Origin: an uncultured Chlamydiales bacterium
GTDB lineage: Bacteria; Chlamydiota; Chlamydiia; Chlamydiales; JAAKFR01
Assembly: GCA_963699155.1 (NCBI GenBank)
Contig: OY969414.1
Span: 192,001-256,000 of the forward strand
Length of the DNA: 64,000 bases
Direction of reading: 5' to 3'
Part shown: one piece after another, positions 57,213 to 64,000 of the stretch
Layout: every line of letters starts with the position of its first letter
Numbering within the stretch: position 1 is the stretch's first letter
Notes under the pieces: generated by a model
Databases searched by the model: none
What the model saw: only the letters and a program-made list of their open reading frames with translations
What the model was told of the DNA's origin: nothing
Made by a program: the position numbers and the translations under genes

Positions 57213-58609
57213 AGGTTATATGAAAAAATTAAAAAGTCTAATTGGATATTCATGTTTGAGATGAGTTGTTCTTGTTTACAGGATTCGTTTTGAAACAATA
57301 TTTCCTCAACAGGAATTAAGGCTAAGTGTGTGAGCATCTCTGCAGATACTTTCATGATCCGATCAGGAGGTAAAAGATAGAGATGAATCCACGGTAAAGG
57401 AGAATCTGTACAAAACTCTGAGATTGCATAGTGATTATGTCCTGTAGGTAGATGGGAACGATTGATAATCAAGACTTCAGAGTCGGAAGGGATAGCTGCA
57501 AAAACAGACTTTAACTCACTGAATCCAGAGTCCTGTTTTATCAGATGAAAGACTGATTTCAATTCACCTTTTAAGCCAAAAAGTTCTTTAAGAATAGGTA
57601 GGAATTGAGAGTGGCCAGGTGAGCTTTCGAGGATCGTCAGGCTCTCTTTGTCATCATGCTTAATGCATCCTCCAATAGGTATAATAGGTGGCTGGGTATC
57701 AAGTTCTTTAATCACAATGCCGTTTGGATAGGTATATGTGTGAAGGTGGGGGCTATTGGCAGAGATTACAGGTCGGTTGAGAGGTAAAGGAGTCGCCCCC
57801 TGAGCAAGGGAATCGATATCACTTGCCGGGACAATCCCTTTGATCATCGCATGTAAACTTTTGCCCTTCCAAGAGCCTGAAGAGCGGCTGCTCGAGTAAT
57901 CCATTGGGGGAATAATGGTTTGTAAAGGCGGGATCCCGACTCGAGACTTTGCAATGATCGGTGTTAATGAGGCGATCAAACAGATCTCTTGGGGTCCTAC
58001 AGGTAAGAGCCAGCGGTCTTTTGATTCCTCATCTTGAATCATGAAGGCCGAGAACGTGCCTGGCGCCATTTCCCAGTCGGCAAGCGCGATTTCTTCGAAC
58101 AAGAGATAAGGAGTATGAGTGGCAGAAAGTCCATTAAGGAAAACTATCTGTTCATGAAAATTCTCTGGTTGAATCGTGAGCGCATCCTGATTGACATTCA
58201 ACGCAAGATAGCGCGAGAGACATTCCACTTTAAGATGGAGCTCTTTTTCGGTAAGACGAGCAAGTTGTGATCCATATTCATTTAAAACTGCATTTCCTAT
58301 TGGATCGGGATAAATCATTCTTCCCAGTGAATCATGAATCTCTGTGTCATCATCAAGCACATGCTTGATAAGAGGAGAATATTTAGAGGCTACAGGGAGG
58401 ATCTTTCTCTCTTTAGTTGTCAGCATGAAATGATTGTGATTCAGGCTGTAAATGAGGTCACGAGTGATCTTTTCCTTTTCAGCTGAATGATAAAAGTAGA
58501 ATTGCGTATCCCCAAACTGTGCAAAATAGATCTGCCCACTCTTGTCATGCTCTTTTGAAAATGCAGTGCATAGAAAGAAAGTTGTACAGAACAACAAACG
58601 ATAAATCAT
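57209..58609 (-). CDS. Uncharacterised exported BGC protein, paralogue 4 of 4 (putative metal ligands degenerate)
   Basis: Signal peptide; ALADW.MAPGTFS, YPNG, HLIKQDSG, PWIHLY, PVEEILF conserved, but HxD is replaced by QPE. Confidence 0.75.
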   Translation of the reverse strand: MIYRLLFCTTFFLCTAFSKEHDKSGQIYFAQFGDTQFYFYHSAEKEKITRDLIYSLNHNHFMLTTKERKILPVASKYSPLIKHVLDDDTEIHDSLGRMIYPDPIGNAVLNEYGSQLARLTEKELHLKVECLSRYLALNVNQDALTIQPENFHEQIVFLNGLSATHTPYLLFEEIALADWEMAPGTFSAFMIQDEESKDRWLLPVGPQEICLIASLTPIIAKSRVGIPPLQTIIPPMDYSSSRSSGSWKGKSLHAMIKGIVPASDIDSLAQGATPLPLNRPVISANSPHLHTYTYPNGIVIKELDTQPPIIPIGGCIKHDDKESLTILESSPGHSQFLPILKELFGLKGELKSVFHLIKQDSGFSELKSVFAAIPSDSEVLIINRSHLPTGHNHYAISEFCTDSPLPWIHLYLLPPDRIMKVSAEMLTHLALIPVEEILFQNESCKQEQLISNMNIQLDFLIFSYNL

Positions 58610-58725
58610 GAAAAAAGTGATAGCACAGCTGCCGATTTAAAAGAAGTTACGCGAAAAAAATTTTTCTTTGCAGATATTCCCTTGATTGACACAATTTGCC
58701 CTAATTTTTGGGACCTAGGCTTTGT

Positions 58726-61700
58726 GTGAGCCAAGCAACGAAACAACAATACTATCCACTCTCTTCCGCTCAAAAAAGACTATTTATTCTCAATGAGCTC
58801 TCACCTGAGAGCCTAGTCTATAATATTCCCTTAGCCATCAAAATTGAGGGCAATCTCGATCTGAACAAACTAGAAAAGTCTTTCCATACGATTGTTCAAA
58901 GGCACGATGCTCTCCAAACAACGTTTGAGATAGTCGATGGGATACCCATGCAACTCATTCACGAGAATATCGCATGGAAGCTCGAACATAAACGGGATCC
59001 TCAGTTTGATCTCAAACGTGCATTGCCAAATTGGATAAAACCCTTCAATTTAGTTCTGGGGCCACTTTTCCGCATCGAACTGGTAGAAGTCGCAATGGAT
59101 CTTTATTATCTGTTTCTCGATTTTCACCACATCATCACAGATGCTCGATCGCTCACTATTTTGATCGAAGAATTTTCTCTCTTATATTCTGGATTTCCCC
59201 TGCCGTCTCTGCAAATGAATTACCGAGATTACGCCCTCTGGCAACATGAACTTCTTGCTTCAGATCTTCTACAAAAACAAAAAAAATATTGGTTAGATCA
59301 ACTTTCTCAAGATCTATCTACATTAAACTTTCCTGCCGATTATCCCCAACTTGCTCCAGCTAGTTTAAAGGGGGAAAGACTCTATTTTTTCCTCGATGTG
59401 CAGACTACTTCTCGCCTGCGACAATTTGCAAAAGAGCAGCGCCTCTCTTTATACATGCTCCTTTTGACTATATATGGAACCTTACTGCATCGATATACGG
59501 GAGAAACAGAGGTCATCATTGGCTCCTCTATTGAAGGTCGATCAAAAGCTGAATTAAGAAATGTGATGGGCGTTTTTATTAACGCACTCCCCATTAAATT
59601 AGCTATCCCTTCTCTTAAGAGATTTAACACCCTCCTTCATGAAGTCAAAGAAACCTGTCTAGAGGCTTATCAAAATCAGCTTTTTCCTTACGAAGAATTG
59701 ACAAACCTCTTAGTCAAAGATAGGAGTAGAGGTCAAAATCCGATCTTTCAAACCCTTTTCGATTTTCATAAGGGGAGCCGTTCAAAGATCAACTTAAAAG
59801 AGCTCTCACTTGAGTCTATCCCCATCTACCCCTCTGCCTCAAAGCTAGATCTCTCTCTGGAAGCCATCGAAAACGAAACTACCATTGAGCTCTTTTTTGA
59901 ATATAAGAGTGATCTTTATTCCCAGCAGACGATTCAACGGTTAGTCAATGGTTTTGTGAATATTGCCCTTTCAGTCATCCAAAATCCCGCTTGCACCATA
60001 GGTTCGGCTCCACTATTCTCCAAAGCAGACCAAGCTTCTCTCTTATCACTTTTTGATCATCCCAACCCAAAAATTCCCTTTCATAACTCATTCCAAGAGC
60101 TATTCAAAAAGCAAGTCGCTCTCTATCCTGACAGAATAGCTGCGGAAGATGATACTCAACAGTTGACCTATGCCGGGCTCGAGCTTGTCACTACAAGATT
60201 ATCGAATCAACTCAGACATCAGGGGGTTGTTCCTGGGGATGTTGTAGCGACATGTATGGAACGTTCGGTCGATCTCTTACTCTGCATCTTAGCCATTTTT
60301 AAAGCAGGTTGTGCTTATGTCCCTATCGATCCTGATTACCCTTTAGAACGCTCTCAAGATATTTTGAAAGAGAGCGGTGCCAAAATAGTTCTCTCCAACC
60401 TTCCTTCGCCTCTTGCCGAAACTTTTAAAATAGAGTGGTGCTATCTACAGACACTTCTTTCTTCTCCTGCTAGAGCGCTTTCTGATTTAGATGTGCCATC
60501 GGAAATGCTCGCCTATATTATTTTTACTTCAGGAAGTACCGGGAAACCCAAAGGAGCGATGCTCTGCCACAATGGGATGATCAATCATATCTATTCAAAA
60601 ATCGCTCTCCTAGGGCTTTCTGAACAAGATGTGATCGCACAAACCTCTTCTCAAACATTTGATGTTTCTTTATGGCAATTTTTAACTGGGTTACTTGTTG
60701 GTGCTAAAGTTGTTGTTTTCAATAGAGATGAGGCTTGGGTTCCCGATCTTTTACTACAAGCATTGGATCGGAAGAGAATCACCGTTTTCGAAACAGTTCC
60801 TTCCCATATGCATCTCATTTTGGATGTCATTGATAAAGCGAAACATTCCATGAGCTCTCTCCGTTTCCTCATTCTAAATGGAGAAGCCCTTCCTTTAAAA
60901 ATGTGTGCAAAGTGGCGGGGGGATTACCCCGAAATCCCGATCATCAACGCCTATGGGCCCACAGAATGTTCCGATGATACCTGCCACTACATCGTTACAG
61001 GGCAAGAAGGAGGTGACAGGGAAACCCCACCTGTCGGATCGATGATCGATAACCTCAAGAGTTATGTACTGAATTCTTCCTTGGACCTCATGCCCCCTAA
61101 TATGCCTGGTGAATTTTATATCGGAGGCATTGGGCTAGGAAGGGGATATGTTGGCCGGGGTGATCTAACCGCAGAAATATTTATTCCTTCTCCTTTCAGC
61201 GATCGAGGAGAACGGTTGTACCGGACGAAAGATCTCGCTAAGTATTTCATGGATGGAAATATCGACTATCTTGGAAGGGTTGATAGGCAAGTTAAAGTTC
61301 AAGGTGTCCGAATCGAATTAGAGGAGATAGAGAATGTTTTAAAACAACATTCCTCCATTCAACAGGCTGTCGTCCTAGCAAAAAAAGAGGCTACACGTAG
61401 CACCTTTCTTGTGGCTTATCTCATTTTAGAACAGAAAGAGGAAAACCCTAAAAACTTTTCAACGGAATTGCGTTCATACCTCTCGCAAAAACTGCCCCCT
61501 GCAATGATTCCAAGCCATTTTGTTTATTTGGAGAGCTTTCCTCTAAATCCAAGTGGCAAGATCAACTCCAAACAACTCCCGGAACCCGATTTATATATAG
61601 AGGAAAACAGAGTTATCGCTCCGCCTCAAACCGATATAGAAATAGCTATTGCAAGCATATGGAAACAGCTCTTAAAAATACCTCATGTGGGCAGGGAAGA

Positions 61701-64000
61701 TCATTTCTTTGAGAAAGGGGGAAACTCACTTCTCGCCATCCAGTACGCAAGCCATCTCCTTAGTACCTTCTCCGTTGTAATGCGCTTGCATGAGATCTTT
61801 ACACAACCTATTTTGGCAGATCAAGCTGCCTCTATTGAAATCCTATTGAAGAGTCAGGCTCAAACGGGAAAAACTGATCTTGGCCTTCCCCCTCTTTTGC
61901 AGGATTTTTCTTCAAGAAATGATCCCTTCCCGCTCACCCATGTACAACACGCCTACTGGTTAGGAAGAAGCGGCATTTTTGAATTGGGAGAGGTCAGCGT
62001 ACATGTCTATAGTGAATATGAAAAGCGCGGCCTCGATCTTAAATTGCTAGAAGTGGGACTGAACAGATTAATTCTTCGTCATGAAATGTTGAGGGCCATA
62101 TTTCCTGGTGATGGTACGCAGCAAATTCTTAAAGAAGTTCCCTATTATCAAATTCCCTATACAGACCTTTCTATTGTTTCTGAGCAGGAGATGCAGAAAT
62201 GGATCATTTCAAAAAGAGAGCTCCGTTCGCATGAAGTATTCTCAGCCGACGCATGGCCTCTTTTTTCCATAGAAGCGGCTGTTTTACCAGATCGTAAAAT
62301 CCGCCTTTTTCTCAGCTTTGATGCTTTGATTTTAGATGGATGGAGCCTCAACACATTCATTTTAGAATGGAAACTGCTCTATGACAGTAAAAATGAAGCT
62401 CATCTAGATCCATTGGAGTTGTCATTTAGAGACTATGTGCTCACCCTTGATAAGCTCAAAACAACAGAGCTCTATCTAAGGGACAAAGAATATTGGCTTG
62501 CAAGAATAGAGGACTTTCCATTGGCTCCTCCACTTCCATTGGTCAATCAAGTCAAAGCACCTATAGAACAGAAATTTACTCGTTGCACTGAAACCATCTC
62601 TAAAGAGTATTGGGGAGCTTGCCAGAAGCTTTTAAAGATCTACAATCTCTCCCCCACAGGTTTTGTTGCAGCCGTTTTTGCTGAGGTTTTAGATAAATAC
62701 TCAGATGAGCATCGCTTTACCCTAAATTTGACATTATTTGATCGACTCCCTTTGCATCCTCAAATCAATGATATCTTAGGTGATTTTACATCCATCACTT
62801 TAATCGAGGTTAATCGTTGTCAACAGCTCCAAGAGCCATTTTTAAAAAGAGCTCAAACCCTCCAAAAGCAGCTTTGGGATGATTTAGATCATCACTTATA
62901 CAGTGGCATTGAATTCTTAAGGGAAATCAATAAACGGCATCCTGAGTTGTCTCCAGGTTCATTAATGCCGGTTGTACTAACCTCCATATTAGGGGTGGAG
63001 GATAATGATTATGATGTAGAGCAGTTTCTTGGAAAGGCAATCTTTGGCATTTCCCAAACTCCACAAGTCTGGTTAGATTATAAGGCCTATGAGGTCGAAG
63101 GGAGTCTGGTGGTAGAATGGGATTATGTCGAGGGGTTATTCCCTCCCGGATTTATTGACTCCATGCATCAAAGTTATTGTCTTCTTTTAAAGTTGCTTGC
63201 GACTGATCTCAAAACATGGCCTCTCTCATCTTTTCCTCTTCTGGATGAGGGAGATCGGACAAGACGCGAGCTTTACAATAGAACCAGCTCTTCATTGTCC
63301 AGAGCTCTTCTTGACGAGTTGATTACTGATCATTCTTTCTCCCAGCATCTTGCTCTCATCACATCTGAGAAGGGAATTTCTTATAAACATCTGTTGAAGC
63401 AGACCTATCATATAGCCCACTATTTGTCTGCTCAGAGGGTACAGGCCGACCAGCTGATTGCGATCGTGATGGAAAAAGGTGTGGAGCAGGTGATCGCTTG
63501 TCTTGGTATCCTCCAATCTGGAGCGGCATACCTTCCGATCGATCCTGAAATGCCTCTGATCAAAATGGAAGAGCAGCTGCGCAACGGAGAAGTCGAATAT
63601 ATACTCACTCAAGAAAAGTGGATCGAAAAGATACAATCGCTCTCACAGTCAAGAAAAGTCACGACGATAGACCAATTTTCAGACTATCCTTCCTATCGAT
63701 TACCTGTTCCCTCACGCAAACCTGAAGACTTAGCTTATGTGATTTTTACCTCTGGCTCTACAGGTAAGCCAAAAGGGGTTATGATCGAGCATCAAGCTGT
63801 GGTGAATACACTTCTTGATATCAACGATAGGTTTGGAGTGAGTGCTTCTGATAGAATCTTATCATTATCCAGCTTGAGCTTTGACCTATCTGTATACGAT
63901 ATTTTTGCTCCTCTACTTGCAGGTGGCGCTACTGTCTTTCCAGATCCACAACGGATCAAAGATCCTGCTCATTGGATTGAGTTGATCGACATGTTTCAAG
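58726..64000 (+). CDS. NRPS C-A-PCP-Cy-A(Cys)..., runs off the window; not in ORF track
   Basis: GTG start in frame 1: YPLSSAQKRL, HHIITDA, FTSGSTGKPKG, NAYGPTECSDD, GGNSLLA, then Cy motifs FPLTHVQHAYWLGR, FDALILDGWS, PVVLTS, SQTPQVWLD, then A domain SFDLSVYDIF. Confidence 0.93.
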   Translation, partial: MSQATKQQYYPLSSAQKRLFILNELSPESLVYNIPLAIKIEGNLDLNKLEKSFHTIVQRHDALQTTFEIVDGIPMQLIHENIAWKLEHKRDPQFDLKRALPNWIKPFNLVLGPLFRIELVEVAMDLYYLFLDFHHIITDARSLTILIEEFSLLYSGFPLPSLQMNYRDYALWQHELLASDLLQKQKKYWLDQLSQDLSTLNFPADYPQLAPASLKGERLYFFLDVQTTSRLRQFAKEQRLSLYMLLLTIYGTLLHRYTGETEVIIGSSIEGRSKAELRNVMGVFINALPIKLAIPSLKRFNTLLHEVKETCLEAYQNQLFPYEELTNLLVKDRSRGQNPIFQTLFDFHKGSRSKINLKELSLESIPIYPSASKLDLSLEAIENETTIELFFEYKSDLYSQQTIQRLVNGFVNIALSVIQNPACTIGSAPLFSKADQASLLSLFDHPNPKIPFHNSFQELFKKQVALYPDRIAAEDDTQQLTYAGLELVTTRLSNQLRHQGVVPGDVVATCMERSVDLLLCILAIFKAGCAYVPIDPDYPLERSQDILKESGAKIVLSNLPSPLAETFKIEWCYLQTLLSSPARALSDLDVPSEMLAYIIFTSGSTGKPKGAMLCHNGMINHIYSKIALLGLSEQDVIAQTSSQTFDVSLWQFLTGLLVGAKVVVFNRDEAWVPDLLLQALDRKRITVFETVPSHMHLILDVIDKAKHSMSSLRFLILNGEALPLKMCAKWRGDYPEIPIINAYGPTECSDDTCHYIVTGQEGGDRETPPVGSMIDNLKSYVLNSSLDLMPPNMPGEFYIGGIGLGRGYVGRGDLTAEIFIPSPFSDRGERLYRTKDLAKYFMDGNIDYLGRVDRQVKVQGVRIELEEIENVLKQHSSIQQAVVLAKKEATRSTFLVAYLILEQKEENPKNFSTELRSYLSQKLPPAMIPSHFVYLESFPLNPSGKINSKQLPEPDLYIEENRVIAPPQTDIEIAIASIWKQLLKIPHVGREDHFFEKGGNSLLAIQYASHLLSTFSVVMRLHEIFTQPILADQAASIEILLKSQAQTGKTDLGLPPLLQDFSSRNDPFPLTHVQHAYWLGRSGIFELGEVSVHVYSEYEKRGLDLKLLEVGLNRLILRHEMLRAIFPGDGTQQILKEVPYYQIPYTDLSIVSEQEMQKWIISKRELRSHEVFSADAWPLFSIEAAVLPDRKIRLFLSFDALILDGWSLNTFILEWKLLYDSKNEAHLDPLELSFRDYVLTLDKLKTTELYLRDKEYWLARIEDFPLAPPLPLVNQVKAPIEQKFTRCTETISKEYWGACQKLLKIYNLSPTGFVAAVFAEVLDKYSDEHRFTLNLTLFDRLPLHPQINDILGDFTSITLIEVNRCQQLQEPFLKRAQTLQKQLWDDLDHHLYSGIEFLREINKRHPELSPGSLMPVVLTSILGVEDNDYDVEQFLGKAIFGISQTPQVWLDYKAYEVEGSLVVEWDYVEGLFPPGFIDSMHQSYCLLLKLLATDLKTWPLSSFPLLDEGDRTRRELYNRTSSSLSRALLDELITDHSFSQHLALITSEKGISYKHLLKQTYHIAHYLSAQRVQADQLIAIVMEKGVEQVIACLGILQSGAAYLPIDPEMPLIKMEEQLRNGEVEYILTQEKWIEKIQSLSQSRKVTTIDQFSDYPSYRLPVPSRKPEDLAYVIFTSGSTGKPKGVMIEHQAVVNTLLDINDRFGVSASDRILSLSSLSFDLSVYDIFAPLLAGGATVFPDPQRIKDPAHWIELIDMFQ

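Larger units (their letters stand above)
28917..64000. other. Hybrid NRPS-PKS biosynthetic gene cluster (incomplete on the right)
   Basis: Two NRPSs, KS-ACP, PPTase, peptidase, amidinotransferase, GNAT and precursor cassette are contiguous in divergent operons. Confidence 0.9.

Noticed and set aside
59031..63636. Short ORFs listed in the track in this interval
   Set aside because: They are shadow frames of the long frame-1 NRPS.
38006..64000. Calling the cluster colibactin, xenocoumacin or zwittermicin
   Set aside because: Only the prodrug logic is shared. The FAAL start, diamino-acid cassette, amidinotransferase and novel paralogues do not match those clusters, and no aminomalonyl or ClbS-type genes are visible here.

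Overview
The window looks like a chromosome segment from an environmental member of the Chlamydiota. This is inferred from the gene order sufBCDS - TPR - pbp2 - tRNA-Gly - rpsB - tsf - pyrH - frr - tRNAs - mcsA - mcsB and from several Inc-like proteins. Bases 1-24,200 are mostly core genes, with inserted LPS/polysaccharide genes, Inc-like and LRR effector candidates, and a small duplicated region carrying palindromic MITE-like elements. After tRNA-Thr(CGT) comes an accessory block: a hicAB pair whose toxin starts with ATA, some effector-like ORFs, and then a hybrid NRPS-PKS cluster of more than 35 kb that runs off the right edge. The cluster has the hallmarks of an N-acyl-D-Asn prodrug pathway. 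A FAAL-ACP-C-A(Asn)-T-E starter NRPS lies in the same operon as a ClbP/XcnG-like membrane-anchored peptidase. It also encodes an AT-less KS-ACP and a second NRPS that is missing from the ORF track (C-A[diamino acid]-T-Cy-A[Cys]...). Accessory genes are a PduX-like kinase/PLP synthase/ATP-grasp-lyase diamino-acid cassette, an amidinotransferase, a PPTase, and an AAC(6')-like acetyltransferase with a possible targeting presequence. Two paralogous uncharacterised membrane proteins and four paralogous signal-peptide proteins with an apparent 2OG-Fe(II) dioxygenase motif set complete the cluster. All functional calls come from reading motifs by eye; no searches were run.
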